Source: an uncultured Gemmatimonadales bacterium | GTDB taxonomy: Bacteria > Gemmatimonadota > Gemmatimonadetes > Longimicrobiales > RSA9 | Direction of reading: 5' to 3' | Assembly: GCA_963783305.1 (NCBI GenBank) | Contig: CAWAMW010000007.1 | Coordinates: 544,001 to 608,000, forward strand | DNA: 64,000 nt | Part shown: positions 1 to 10,201 of the stretch, in pieces | Layout of the letters: the number at the start of each line of letters is the position of its first letter | Numbering within the stretch: the stretch's first letter is position 1 | Notes under the pieces: generated by a model | Told to the model about the DNA's origin: nothing | What the model saw: only the letters and a program-made list of their open reading frames with translations | Database searches by the model: none | Translations under genes and position numbers: made by a program

Positions 1-2421
1 ATCGTCGCGTTCACCGCGCTCGTGCAGCCTCTGGCCGCGCAGGATCCAGTGGAGAGCGTGCAGCCGGTCCGCATCGCGGAGGTGGTGGTGGAGGGCGCGG
101 AGCGGTTCCCGGCGGAGGAGATCCTGTCGACGGCGGGGATCCGGCTCGGCGACGAGGTAACGTTCCGTGAAATTCAGAACGCGATTCGCCGACTCTGGAC
201 CACCCGTGAGTTCGCGGACGTCCAGGTCCTGGCGGAGGAGCTCGACCCGGCGGATCCGGCGTCGCCGGTGCGGGTGATCATCCGGGTGGAAGAGCAGCCG
301 TTCGTAGGGTCGGTGGAGTTCCGGGGCCTCGAGCGGATCCGGCCGAGGACGGTGCAGGACAGCGTGGGGCTGCGGTCCGGAGGTCCACTGAACCCGGCGC
401 GTGTGGTCGAAGCGGAGGCGCTGGTGCGGTCGATGCTCGCGGACGAGGGCGTCCGACTGCGAAGCATCGAGCATCGCCTGGAGCCCATCCCGGGTTCAGA
501 CGGCCAGTTCCGGCTGGTGTTCGACGTCACGGAGGGCTCGCGCGTGGCTGTGGCGGAAGTGGTCATACAGGGCAACGAGGCCTTCGATGACGACGCCGTG
601 CAGGATGTCATGGCCACCAAGGCGGAGGGGTTCCTCTGGACCCGGCCCGGGCTGCTGGACGAGGAGGTCCTGCGCACGGACCTCCGCCAGAACCTGCCGG
701 AGTTCTATGGCCGGCATGGCTATATCGATTTCGAGGTGCTGGGCGACACGGTCGTCGTGGATCCCGTGACCGGGAAGGCGCGACTGGAGATCGAGGTCTC
801 GGAAGGCCCACAGTACCGGCTCGTGGACTTCGGGGTCCGGGGGAACCGTCAGTTCCCGACCGATGAGCTGAAGGAGTATTACGAGAGCGCGCGAGGCGGC
901 CTGCTTTCGAGCATAGGGTTCGGCGGGATCGGCGCGGAGGAGGGCCAGGTGGCCTCGCGGCAGCCCGTGTTCAACCAGGAGCGGTTCGCGCAGGCCACGG
1001 AGGACGTGAGCCAGCTCTATCGGAACCGTGGCTACCTGTACGCGCAGGTGGCGCCGTTCGTGGAGCGTACGGAGACGGCAGACGGGGAGCCGGCGGTCGA
1101 GGTCGGCTGGGAGATCGTGGAGCGGGATCCGGCCTATGTGAACCGCGTGTCCATCGTGGGGAACACGCGCACGCACGAGAACGTGATCCGCGACAGGATC
1201 TTCGTGGTGCCGGGCGACGTGTACAGCGAGGAGATGCTGATCCAGAGCTACCGGAGCGTCATGGGTCTGGGGTTCTTCGAGTCGCCCATGCCCACGCCGC
1301 GGATGGAGCAGATGCCCGATGGGGACATCGACATCATCTTCGAGGTGGAAGAGAAGCAGACCGGTACGTTCAACTTCGGCACCACGCTGGGCGGCTGGGG
1401 CGGGATCGCCGGCTTCATTGGCTTCGAGGAGCCGAACCTGTTCGGCCAGGCCAAGAACGGCCGGCTCAACTGGGAGTTCGGGCGGCGGTACAACAACTTC
1501 TCGGCGAGCTACACGGATCCGGCGATCAAGGGATCGCAGATCAGCGGGTCGGTCTCGCTCTTCAGCACGAAACAGAACCGCTTCTTCAACTTCCCGGAAG
1601 GCGAGCGACGGAACACGGGTGCGTCGGTGCGGTTCGGGCTTCCGTTCCCCATGGACCGGCGCTACAGCCGGATCTTCCTGGGGTACCAGCTGTCGCGGAC
1701 CTCGTATGCCAACTTCGGCGATGACAGCGGGGACATCTTCAACCAGCCGTCGGGCGTGCTCAGCACGGCGTCGCTCTCGCTGATGCGGAACACCCTGGAC
1801 AACCCCACCTTCCCGACGGTGGGGACGCGCCATGAGCTGCGGGCGGAGCTGAGCGGCGGACCGCTCGGCGGGGACGGTGCTCTCCAGAAGTACACGGCCA
1901 ACGGGCAGTGGTGGGCGCCGGTGGGCGAGTTCGGCGGCGGGGCGCCGGGCGTGCGTCCGGTCCGGATGACGCTGGGTCTACAGGCGGAGACGGGGGCCCT
2001 CTTCGGGGACGCGGCGTCGCTGGACCGGTTCCCGTTCGAGCAGTTCTGGATGGGTGGTGTGCAGTTCGGTCAACGCGTGCGTGGCTACGACGAGACCAGC
2101 ATCACACCGCTGGGGTACATCCCCCGGCAGACGGTCTCGAACGTCCAGCTGTCGGACCGTCTGGGCACCGCATTCGTACGGTTGAGTGCCGAGTACGCCG
2201 TCCGGTTCAACGCCAACATCTCCGTCTCGGCCTTTGCGGACGCCGGCGGAATGTGGAATGACCCGCTCGCGGTGAACCCCACGCGTCTTTTCCGCGGCGC
2301 TGGCTTAGGGCTCCAGCTGGTCACGCCATTTGGACCAATGGGGCTGGATTACGGGTATGGATTCGACAAGACGGAGCCCGGGTGGCAGCTGCACTTCACG
2401 TTCGGGCAGCAGGGCTTCTAG
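1..2421 (+). CDS. bamA: Outer membrane protein assembly factor BamA (5' end outside window)
   Basis: Frame is open from base 1 with the tail of a signal peptide. POTRA-like repeats (GN..T...VIR), VEEKQTG at barrel start, VRGY motif, terminal Phe. Followed by skp-lpxD. Confidence 0.95.
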   Translation: MVAFTALVQPLAAQDPVESVQPVRIAEVVVEGAERFPAEEILSTAGIRLGDEVTFREIQNAIRRLWTTREFADVQVLAEELDPADPASPVRVIIRVEEQPFVGSVEFRGLERIRPRTVQDSVGLRSGGPLNPARVVEAEALVRSMLADEGVRLRSIEHRLEPIPGSDGQFRLVFDVTEGSRVAVAEVVIQGNEAFDDDAVQDVMATKAEGFLWTRPGLLDEEVLRTDLRQNLPEFYGRHGYIDFEVLGDTVVVDPVTGKARLEIEVSEGPQYRLVDFGVRGNRQFPTDELKEYYESARGGLLSSIGFGGIGAEEGQVASRQPVFNQERFAQATEDVSQLYRNRGYLYAQVAPFVERTETADGEPAVEVGWEIVERDPAYVNRVSIVGNTRTHENVIRDRIFVVPGDVYSEEMLIQSYRSVMGLGFFESPMPTPRMEQMPDGDIDIIFEVEEKQTGTFNFGTTLGGWGGIAGFIGFEEPNLFGQAKNGRLNWEFGRRYNNFSASYTDPAIKGSQISGSVSLFSTKQNRFFNFPEGERRNTGASVRFGLPFPMDRRYSRIFLGYQLSRTSYANFGDDSGDIFNQPSGVLSTASLSLMRNTLDNPTFPTVGTRHELRAELSGGPLGGDGALQKYTANGQWWAPVGEFGGGAPGVRPVRMTLGLQAETGALFGDAASLDRFPFEQFWMGGVQFGQRVRGYDETSITPLGYIPRQTVSNVQLSDRLGTAFVRLSAEYAVRFNANISVSAFADAGGMWNDPLAVNPTRLFRGAGLGLQLVTPFGPMGLDYGYGFDKTEPGWQLHFTFGQQGF

Positions 2422-2467
2422 GCCCAGACCGGCGCAGACCGGATCAAACAGTTCGAAAGGCAGATTG

Positions 2468-2998
2468 ATGATGAAGGCATTGTTTCGTTCGACGCTCGCA
2501 CTGATCGCGCTGGTCGTGGCCACATCGGGACCGGTGGCCGCGCAGCAGGTGACGATCGTATACCTGGACTCGGAGCGGCTCCGGCAGGAGGCGCCCGAGC
2601 TGCAGACGGCGCGTCAGGAGATGCAGGAGCAAATGGCGCAGCTGGAGGCGCGGGCGGACAGCGCGCTGGCGCCGCTCCAGACGGAGCTCCAGCGGCTGGT
2701 GGTGGAGTTCCAGCAGCAGCAGGGAGTGATGTCGCAGGAGCAGCGGCAGGAGCGGCAGGCGGAGCTCCAGCGGAGGCAGACGGAGCTGCAAAGGGCCGGT
2801 GCCGAGTGGGAGCAGCGCGCCGGGCAGGTGCAGAGCCAGATCCTGGCGCCCGCGCTGACGCGGGTGAACGAGGTGATCGACGCGCTGAGGGCGGAGCGGG
2901 GCTACAGCTACATCCTGGACTCGGCAGCGGGCGGGGTGGTTGCGGCGGACCCCGCTCTGGATATCACCGACGAGGTCCTGAGCCGCCTTGGCGGCTAA
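2468..2998 (+). CDS. skp: OmpH/Skp periplasmic chaperone
   Basis: Signal peptide, Q/E-rich coiled coil, GYSYILD...DITDEVL C-terminus, position between bamA and lpxD. Confidence 0.9.
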   Translation: MMKALFRSTLALIALVVATSGPVAAQQVTIVYLDSERLRQEAPELQTARQEMQEQMAQLEARADSALAPLQTELQRLVVEFQQQQGVMSQEQRQERQAELQRRQTELQRAGAEWEQRAGQVQSQILAPALTRVNEVIDALRAERGYSYILDSAAGGVVAADPALDITDEVLSRLGG

Positions 2999-3046
2999 CG
3001 CCGGCGTCGTGATCAGAGACGCTCGGGATACGGGAGATCGGAGGCA

Positions 3047-4072
3047 GTGAACGCCTCCGAGATCGCCCGGCTGCTCGATGGCGAGCTCGAAGGGGGAGCC
3101 GACCCGGAAATCCGGGGCGCGGCTCCCCTTGATCGTGCGGGCCCGGAGGACTTTTCCCTCGTTGCCCGCGCCCGATACCTGCCCTACGTTGCCGATTCGG
3201 ACGCGGGTCTCCTGCTGGTAACGAGGGAGCTTGCGGGTCGAGTGCCCCCCCACCGGCCCACGATCGTCGTGGATGATGTACACGCGGCGCTGGTGAGGCT
3301 CCTGCCGCGCCTCTATCCCGAGCCGGCGCCCGAGCCCGGGGTCCACGCGAGTGCGATCGTGGCCGATGACGTGCACCTGGGCGATGGCGTCAGTGTGGGA
3401 CCGTGCACCGTAATCGGTGCGGGAACGCGGGTCGGGGATCGTGTGCGCATCGGGGCGGGCGTGGTGGTGGGGGCCGGGTGCGACCTGGCGGACGATGTCG
3501 TCCTGCACGCGCAGGTCACCCTGTACGATGGCTGTCGGCTCGGCGCGCGAACGATCGTACATTCCGGCGCGCGGCTCGGGGTGGACGGCTTCGGATTCGC
3601 GGCCGTGGGTGGCGTCCCGAGAAAGATCCCGCAGGTGGGCGGCTGCGTGATCGGTTCCGACGTGGAGATCGGGGCCAACGTGACCATCGACCGGGGTTCC
3701 ATCGGCACGACGGAGATCGGCGACCACGTGAAGATCGACAATCTGGTGCAGATCGGACACAACACGCGGATCGGAGCCGGATCGATCATCGTGGCGCAGG
3801 TGGGGATCTCCGGAAGCACGCAGCTGGGGCGCGGAGTGACCGTGGGTGGGCAGGCGGGTCTCGGGGGGCACGTGGAGGTGGGGGACGGCGCCACGGTCGC
3901 GGCGCAGGCGGGAGTGTTCGGCAGCATTCCGGCAGGTGAGACGTGGAGTGGCTACCCCGCGCGACCGCACCGCGAGTCGCTGCGCGGGCATGCGGAAGTG
4001 GCACGACTGAAGGAGCTCCGGGACCGGGTTCGGGAGCTGGAACGGCAGATCGAAGAACTGGGCAAGGAATGA
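3047..4072 (+). CDS. lpxD: UDP-3-O-acylglucosamine N-acyltransferase
   Basis: Hexapeptide repeats, [26 protein letters not shown]. Confidence 0.95.
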   Translation: MNASEIARLLDGELEGGADPEIRGAAPLDRAGPEDFSLVARARYLPYVADSDAGLLLVTRELAGRVPPHRPTIVVDDVHAALVRLLPRLYPEPAPEPGVHASAIVADDVHLGDGVSVGPCTVIGAGTRVGDRVRIGAGVVVGAGCDLADDVVLHAQVTLYDGCRLGARTIVHSGARLGVDGFGFAAVGGVPRKIPQVGGCVIGSDVEIGANVTIDRGSIGTTEIGDHVKIDNLVQIGHNTRIGAGSIIVAQVGISGSTQLGRGVTVGGQAGLGGHVEVGDGATVAAQAGVFGSIPAGETWSGYPARPHRESLRGHAEVARLKELRDRVRELERQIEELGKE

Positions 4073-5349
4073 GCGAAGAAAAACAGCAGACATTGGGACG
4101 GACCATCGAGCTTGCGGGGGTGGGTATCCATACGGGGGAAGCCGCCTCGGTGCGATTCCTCCCGGCCCGGCCGGACACCGGCATTCGTTTCCGCAGGGTG
4201 GACCTGGAAGGCACGCCGGAGATCCCGGCCACGCTGGAGAACGTGCGAGGCACGGACCTGGGCACCACTCTGGCCGTGGATGGGGCGGAAGCGCGAACGG
4301 TGGAGCACGTCCTCTGTGCGATCGCCGGGCTCCAGGTCGACAACGTGGTCGTCGAGCTGCGTGGACCGGAGGTCCCGATCATGGATGGCAGCTTTCGCCC
4401 GTTCGTGGACGCGCTCCGGGAGGCCGGGATCGAGGTTCAGGACGCGGAGGCCCGGGTGTGGGAGCTCTCGAAGCCGGTGAGCTTGGACGGCCCCAACGGC
4501 GGGCACTACGTCTGTGCTCCGGCGCCCGACCTCCGGATCTCCGCGACGATCGAGTTCGACCATCCCGCGATTGGACGACAGTTCGCGTCGTTCAACATCG
4601 ACGACACCTTCGCGGACGAGCTCGCACCGGCCCGCACCTTCGGGTTCATGAAGGACAAGGACGAGCTCCAGAAGAGGGGGCTGGCGCGGGGGGCGACGCT
4701 GGAGAACACGGTGGTGCTGGACACGGACGGGGTGGCGACCGCGGGGCTCCGGTTCCCCGATGAGTTCGTTCGCCACAAGATCGGTGATGTGGTAGGGGAC
4801 CTGGCGGTCCTGGGCGGCCGGGTCCGGGGCCACGTGGTGGCGGAGCGGCCGAGCCATGCAGGGAACTTCGAGCTGGCGAAGGCGATCCGCGGGTCGGCCA
4901 CCCGGGGCGGGGAGGGGGTGGTGGACATCACCAAGATCATGGAGTACCTCCCCCACCGTTTCCCGATGCTGCTGGTGGACCGGATCACGGATTTCGAGAC
5001 GGGGAAGCGGGTCCGCGCCATCAAGAACGTCACGATCAACGAACCCTTCTTCCAGGGCCACTATCCAGGACACCCGATCATGCCGGGTGTGCTGATCATC
5101 GAGGGGATGGCGCAGGCGGGGGGCCTCCTCCTGATGGACGTCATCGAGAACCCGGAGGACAAGGTCGTCTACTTCATGACCATGGACAAGGTGAAGTGGC
5201 GCCGGCCTGTGACGCCGGGGGACCAGCTGGTGTTCGAGCTGGAGATGCTGCAGTTCCGGCGGCACGTCTGCCGGATGAAGGGGCAGGCATTCGTGGACGG
5301 CCAGCTCGTGGCGGAAGCCGAGCTGATGGCCAGGATCGTGGACCGCTGA
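4069..5349 (+). CDS. lpxC: Bifunctional LpxC deacetylase / FabZ dehydratase fusion
   Basis: QQTL..GVGIHTG, TVEH, RHKIGD..GDL (LpxC), then [31 protein letters not shown] (FabZ). Confidence 0.95.
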   Translation: MSEEKQQTLGRTIELAGVGIHTGEAASVRFLPARPDTGIRFRRVDLEGTPEIPATLENVRGTDLGTTLAVDGAEARTVEHVLCAIAGLQVDNVVVELRGPEVPIMDGSFRPFVDALREAGIEVQDAEARVWELSKPVSLDGPNGGHYVCAPAPDLRISATIEFDHPAIGRQFASFNIDDTFADELAPARTFGFMKDKDELQKRGLARGATLENTVVLDTDGVATAGLRFPDEFVRHKIGDVVGDLAVLGGRVRGHVVAERPSHAGNFELAKAIRGSATRGGEGVVDITKIMEYLPHRFPMLLVDRITDFETGKRVRAIKNVTINEPFFQGHYPGHPIMPGVLIIEGMAQAGGLLLMDVIENPEDKVVYFMTMDKVKWRRPVTPGDQLVFELEMLQFRRHVCRMKGQAFVDGQLVAEAELMARIVDR

Positions 5350-6158
5350 TGAGCGAGAAGACGGTGGGCACACGAACTCCGCTCTGGACGGGGATCCATT
5401 CCGCAGCGGTAATCCACGAGGATGCGCAGCTCGCGCCCGACGTGAGCGTTGGACCGGGTGCCGTGATCGGTCCGGGCGTCGTCATCGGCAGCGGGACCAC
5501 GGTGGGCTCGAACGCACTGATCGAACGCGACACGATCGTCGGTGAAGGGTGCACCATCGCGCATGGCGCGGCGCTCGGGACCGACCCGCAGGACCTCAAG
5601 TTCGGGGGCGAGGAGACGCACCTCGTGGTGGGAGACCGGACGACGATTCGGGAGTATGCCACGCTCAACCGGGGCACCAGCGCCTCGGGCCGGACCGTAG
5701 TGGGCTCGGACTGCCTCATCATGGCGTACGCTCACATCGCGCATGACTGCCATATCGGTGAGCGAGTGGTGCTCGCGAATGCGGTGAACATGGGAGGTCA
5801 CGTCACCATCGGCGACTGGGCCATCATAGGCGGCATGACGCCCATTCATCAGTTCGTCCGGATCGGTGAGCACGCCTTCGTGGGCGGCGCATCCCGGGTC
5901 CACAAGGACGTGCCGCCGTACATCCGTGCGGCGGGCAACCCCATGGAAATGGCGGGACTGAACAGCGTGGGTCTCAGGCGGCGCGGGTTCAGCCACGAGG
6001 CGCGGCGGGAGCTGAAGCGAGCGTATCGGATCATCTTTGCGTCGGATCTGAATCTCACGCAGGCGCTGGAGCGGGCGCGTGAGGAACTGGAGCCGCTGCC
6101 GGAGGTGCAGACGCTGCTCGGCTTCTTCGAGGGCAGCCAGCGGGGCGTGGCACTGTGA
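5349..6158 (+). CDS. lpxA: Acyl-ACP--UDP-GlcNAc O-acyltransferase
   Basis: Hexapeptide repeats, PQDLKF, IREY.T.NRGT, HIAHDC, GLNSVGLRRRG. Confidence 0.95.
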   Translation: MSEKTVGTRTPLWTGIHSAAVIHEDAQLAPDVSVGPGAVIGPGVVIGSGTTVGSNALIERDTIVGEGCTIAHGAALGTDPQDLKFGGEETHLVVGDRTTIREYATLNRGTSASGRTVVGSDCLIMAYAHIAHDCHIGERVVLANAVNMGGHVTIGDWAIIGGMTPIHQFVRIGEHAFVGGASRVHKDVPPYIRAAGNPMEMAGLNSVGLRRRGFSHEARRELKRAYRIIFASDLNLTQALERAREELEPLPEVQTLLGFFEGSQRGVAL

Positions 6159-7150
6159 GCGGCCCGCTCCGCCTGGGGGTGGCGGGTGTCGGCAGCCTGG
6201 GGTTCCACCATGCCCGAATCGGGCGGGAGCTGGAGGGTGTGGGTTTCGCCGGTGTGTACGACACGGACGCCCAGCGGCGGGCCGAGGTGGCCGACAAGCT
6301 GGAAGTGAAGGCGCACGATCATCTCGACGCGTTGATCGAGGAGGCCGACGCGCTGGTGATCGCGGTACCGACCCGGGCCCACGAGGACGTGGCGCTGCGG
6401 GCGATCGAGGCGGGGCTGCATGTGCTGATCGAGAAGCCGATCGCGCCGTCGCTGGAGGCCGCGGATGCCATTCTGGCGGCGGCGGAGCGGGCCGGCACGA
6501 TGGTACAGATCGGGCACGTCGAGCGCTTCAACGGTGCGATCCGCGCGGCCGAGCCGTACCTGGACGAGCTGCTGTTCGTGGAGAGTCACAGGCTGGCACC
6601 GTTCGGTCCACGGGGCACGGACGTGGCGGTCGTGCTGGACCTGATGATCCACGATCTCGATCTCGTCATGAGCCTGGCCAGAAGGCCCGTGACCGCGATC
6701 GCGGCTGCGGGGATCCCGGTGCTGAGCCCGAGTCCCGATATTGCGAACGCGCGGATCGAGTTCGAGGGCGGCGGCGTGGCGAACCTGACGGCGAGTCGTG
6801 TCTCCATGGAGCGGCTGCGGAAGTTCCGCTTCTTCCAGCCCTCCGGCTATCTCAGCCTGGACCTGGCGGCGGGACGCGGTGAGTTCCTGCGGCTGAAGGA
6901 AGGGGTCCGGCTCGAGCCGGGCAGCCACATGACGGCAGAGAGCCTGCTGAGCGTGGTGGAGCGAATCGAGATCGTCGGGGACGGAGGGGAGCCGCTCCGG
7001 GTGGAGCTGGCGGCGTTCGTGGCCGCTGTGGGGGGCGAGGCTCCGGTGAAGGTATCGGGTGCCGACGGCCGGCGAGCGCTGGCCGTCGCGCTGGAAATCA
7101 TGGACCGCATCGATCACCATGTCGCTACTACGAATACGGCGCGAGCGTAA
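6155..7150 (+). CDS. Gfo/Idh/MocA oxidoreductase (GnnA-like)
   Basis: GVGSLG, IEKPIA, GHVERFN, DVAVVLDLMIHDLD. Lies between lpxA and lpxB. Confidence 0.88.
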   Translation: MSGPLRLGVAGVGSLGFHHARIGRELEGVGFAGVYDTDAQRRAEVADKLEVKAHDHLDALIEEADALVIAVPTRAHEDVALRAIEAGLHVLIEKPIAPSLEAADAILAAAERAGTMVQIGHVERFNGAIRAAEPYLDELLFVESHRLAPFGPRGTDVAVVLDLMIHDLDLVMSLARRPVTAIAAAGIPVLSPSPDIANARIEFEGGGVANLTASRVSMERLRKFRFFQPSGYLSLDLAAGRGEFLRLKEGVRLEPGSHMTAESLLSVVERIEIVGDGGEPLRVELAAFVAAVGGEAPVKVSGADGRRALAVALEIMDRIDHHVATTNTARA

Positions 7151-7160
7151 AGAGCAGTCC

Positions 7161-7253
7161 ATGGGGCCGTACCGCCCCCCACGTCTCACGAAGCTCCTCA
7201 TCGGACTCGCGGTCGTCGCGCTCGCCATCTGGTATCTCTCCGGCCTCGGCTGA
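7161..7253 (+). CDS. Putative 30-aa single-pass membrane peptide
   Basis: MGPYRPPRLTKLLIGLAVVALAIWYLSGLG. Fills the gap and its TGA overlaps the lpxB ATG (TGATG). Confidence 0.5.
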   Translation: MGPYRPPRLTKLLIGLAVVALAIWYLSGLG

Positions 7254-8389
7254 TGGCCGACAGCCCCACGATCTTCCTGTCGGCTGGCGAGCCGTCGGGT
7301 GACCTGCACGGCGCGGCCGTGGCCCGGGCTCTCCGGATGCGCTGGCCAGAGGCGCGGCTGATCGGCCTGGCCGGGCCGCGTATGAAGGCGGAGGGCGTAG
7401 AGCCCCTCGTCCCATTCCAGCGTCTCGCGGTCATGGGCTTCGTGGAGGTTCTCCGGGACCTACCGTTCTTCATGCGGCTGCTGCGCCGGGCCGCGGGTGT
7501 GCTGCGCGAGGAGGGGGTGGACCTGGTGATCCCCATCGACTACCCGGGCTTCAACCTGCGGCTGGCGGCGCGGGCCGCGGGTATGGATGTACCCGTCCTG
7601 TACTACATCGCGCCCCAGGTGTGGGCGTGGCACCGGAGCCGTGCGGCGCGGCTGGCGACCATCGCAGACCGCCTGGCGGTCATCCTCCCGTTCGAGGAGG
7701 AAGTATTCGCGGAGCACGGTGCCGAGGTTCGGTTCGTGGGCCATCCTCTGGTGGACGAGCGCGGACCGACCGTATCGCGCGAGTCGTTCTGCGAGGGGTT
7801 GGGGCTCGACCCAGATCGTCGGATCCTCGCTCTGTTTCCGGGCTCGCGGGCCCAGGAGGTGGAGCGGCACCTGCAGATCTTCGTGGAGGCCGCGCAGAAG
7901 GTGGTGGAGGCGCGCTGGCACCTACAGCCGGTGATCGCCCGTGCCACAGACGTGGATGAAGCGGCCTACGCGGATGTCCCGTTCCCCGTGACCACCGACG
8001 GCCGGTCGCTGCTTTCGCACGCCCACGTGGCTCTGGTTAAATCCGGGACCACCACTCTGGAGACGGCCCTCGCCGGTGTGCCCATGGTGATCGCGTACCG
8101 CACGAACCCCCTGACGTTCTGGCTGGCGCGGCGGCTCGTGCAGGTGGAGCATGTGGGACTGGCGAACCTCGTGGCGGGCCGGCGAGTGGCGCCGGAACTC
8201 CTCCAGGACGAGGCGACGCCGGACGCCCTCGCGAGTGCCCTCCTGCCACTGGTGGATGAGGGGCCGGCCCGGCGGCAGGCGCTGAGCGGCCTTCATTCGG
8301 TCCAGGAGTCGCTCCGGCGGGAGGACGGCGCCACGGCGGCGGGCGGCGTGGCGGATCTGGCGGCCGAGATCCTGGAGGGCGCGGAATGA
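7253..8389 (+). CDS. lpxB: Lipid-A-disaccharide synthase
   Basis: AGEPSGDLHG, IDYPGFN, APQVWAW, VGHPL, PGSR..E, KSGTTTLE. Confidence 0.95.
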   Translation: MADSPTIFLSAGEPSGDLHGAAVARALRMRWPEARLIGLAGPRMKAEGVEPLVPFQRLAVMGFVEVLRDLPFFMRLLRRAAGVLREEGVDLVIPIDYPGFNLRLAARAAGMDVPVLYYIAPQVWAWHRSRAARLATIADRLAVILPFEEEVFAEHGAEVRFVGHPLVDERGPTVSRESFCEGLGLDPDRRILALFPGSRAQEVERHLQIFVEAAQKVVEARWHLQPVIARATDVDEAAYADVPFPVTTDGRSLLSHAHVALVKSGTTTLETALAGVPMVIAYRTNPLTFWLARRLVQVEHVGLANLVAGRRVAPELLQDEATPDALASALLPLVDEGPARRQALSGLHSVQESLRREDGATAAGGVADLAAEILEGAE

Positions 8390-9036
8390 AGCTGCGCTTC
8401 TGGCTCGCGGGCACGGTCGGCCGCCGGCTGGTGGACGCTCTGATGGCGAGCCTCCGGTTCAGCGCGGAGGGAGCCGAAGGTTATGAGTCGTTGGCGGCGG
8501 AGGGTCAATCCGTCATATTCGCGGTATGGCATGGCCGGCTGCTGCCATTGACCTACTACCATCGGCATCGGAACATCACCGCAATCATCAGCCGTTCCGA
8601 AGACGGCGAGTACATCGCCCGCGTAGTGGAGGGCTGGGGATACCGGACGGTGCGCGGCTCCACAAGTCGGGGTGGCAGCAGCGCGCTCCGGTCGCTGGTG
8701 AAGGCAGCCCGGGCCGGCGAATCGCTGGCGATCACCCCGGACGGACCGCGGGGACCGCGGCAGCAGCTGCAGCCCGGCGTCATCACCGCCGCCCAGCTCA
8801 CGGGGCTCCCCATCATCCCCCTCGCGTGCGGCGCCGCGCGGGCGTGGTGGCCGGGCGGGTGGGACAGATTCTGCGTACCCAAGCCTTTCACCCGGGTCCG
8901 CGTGATGTACGGAACGCCGCGCCGGGTGGCGCGCGACGCGTCGGAGTCGGAGCTTCGACGTCACGCGCAAGAGCTCGAACAGGAGATGAACGAGATGATC
9001 CGGGAGGCGGACAGAGATGGCGGACCGAGCCGATAA
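8386..9036 (+). CDS. DUF374 acyltransferase (LpxJ-like)
   Basis: WHG, ISRSEDGE, RGSTSRGG, ITPDGPRGP, PKPF. Confidence 0.85.
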   Translation: MKLRFWLAGTVGRRLVDALMASLRFSAEGAEGYESLAAEGQSVIFAVWHGRLLPLTYYHRHRNITAIISRSEDGEYIARVVEGWGYRTVRGSTSRGGSSALRSLVKAARAGESLAITPDGPRGPRQQLQPGVITAAQLTGLPIIPLACGAARAWWPGGWDRFCVPKPFTRVRVMYGTPRRVARDASESELRRHAQELEQEMNEMIREADRDGGPSR

Positions 9037-10201
9037 CGGGGCGGCCGAACGGCAGCTCTCCGGCTCCGCCGCGCCGCTTCCGGAGCCCGCGGAGAAGGCC
9101 GGGCCGGAGTCTGGCCCGGGCGCCGGCGCAGAGCCTGACCCGGAGCCGAAGTCGGTGGGGCCGGAGGGTGGTGGCGCCCCCCCCGCGAGCGGGGAGCGCC
9201 TGGGGCCGGCGGACGTCGTGCACCGGCTGTGGGAGGGGGAGGGCGGTCTGGGTGGCCGCCTGCTGGGCGCGCTTCTGACGCCCGCCGAGGTGGGCTTCCG
9301 TTCCGTGGTTCGGGCCCGGGATGTGGTGTACCAAACGGGGATCGCCCGTGCGGATGCGCCGCCGGTCCCCGCGATCAGCGTGGGCAACATCACGGTGGGC
9401 GGAACAGGGAAGACGCCCATGGTGCGGTGGCTGGTCCGCCGGCTGGTGGAGCGCCGCTGGACCCCGGGGATCCTCCATGGCGGCTATGCCGAGGATGAGC
9501 CCATGCTACACCGCCGCTGGTTCCCTGATCTCCCCGTGGTGGCCGACCGTGACCGTCTCCGCGGAGCGGGCACGGCCATGGAGCAGGGAGCGGACGTGCT
9601 GGTGCTCGATGACGCGTTCCAGCATCGTCGGTTCGGTCGCGACCTGGACATTGTTCTGGTCTCGGCGGAGGCGTGGACGCCCGACGCCCGCCTGCTCCCA
9701 CGCGGACCGTACCGTGAGCCGCCGCGAGCGCTCCGGCGGGCCGACATCATCATCATTACGCGCCGCACCATGGGCGCCGCGGAGGCCGCCCGCGTGGAAG
9801 TGGAGGTGGCCCGGATCTCCGGTCGACAGACGGCTCGGGTGCACCTGCGGCCGGGCCCATGGCTGGACCCGTCGCTGCGCCGGCGGCAGGGTGCCCCCAT
9901 CGGGCCGGCCCTCGCCGTCGCGGGTGTGGGCCGGCCGGACGACTTCTTCGATCAGGCGGAGGAAGCGGGGGCGCGGCTGGTGGACGCCATTGCGTTCCCG
10001 GATCACCATCCGTACACCTCCGCCGAGGTCGCGGCGCTCCTGAAAGAGGCGGCGGGACGACCGATCGTCACCACGGCGAAGGACGTGGTGAAGCTGGCGC
10101 CTCGCATGAAGAACGCGGACCTCTGGGTGCTCGAGCAGGATGTGGCCTTCGAGAGCGGTCGGGACTGGCTTTTGAGAGCGGTGGATGTGGTGCTGACGTG
10201 A
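9017..10201 (+). CDS. lpxK: Tetraacyldisaccharide 4'-kinase
   Basis: SVGNITVGGTGKTP, LDDAFQH, FPDHH, TTAKD.VK. Start uncertain because of a Pro/Glu-rich N-terminal extension. Confidence 0.92.
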   Translation: MADRADNGAAERQLSGSAAPLPEPAEKAGPESGPGAGAEPDPEPKSVGPEGGGAPPASGERLGPADVVHRLWEGEGGLGGRLLGALLTPAEVGFRSVVRARDVVYQTGIARADAPPVPAISVGNITVGGTGKTPMVRWLVRRLVERRWTPGILHGGYAEDEPMLHRRWFPDLPVVADRDRLRGAGTAMEQGADVLVLDDAFQHRRFGRDLDIVLVSAEAWTPDARLLPRGPYREPPRALRRADIIIITRRTMGAAEAARVEVEVARISGRQTARVHLRPGPWLDPSLRRRQGAPIGPALAVAGVGRPDDFFDQAEEAGARLVDAIAFPDHHPYTSAEVAALLKEAAGRPIVTTAKDVVKLAPRMKNADLWVLEQDVAFESGRDWLLRAVDVVLT

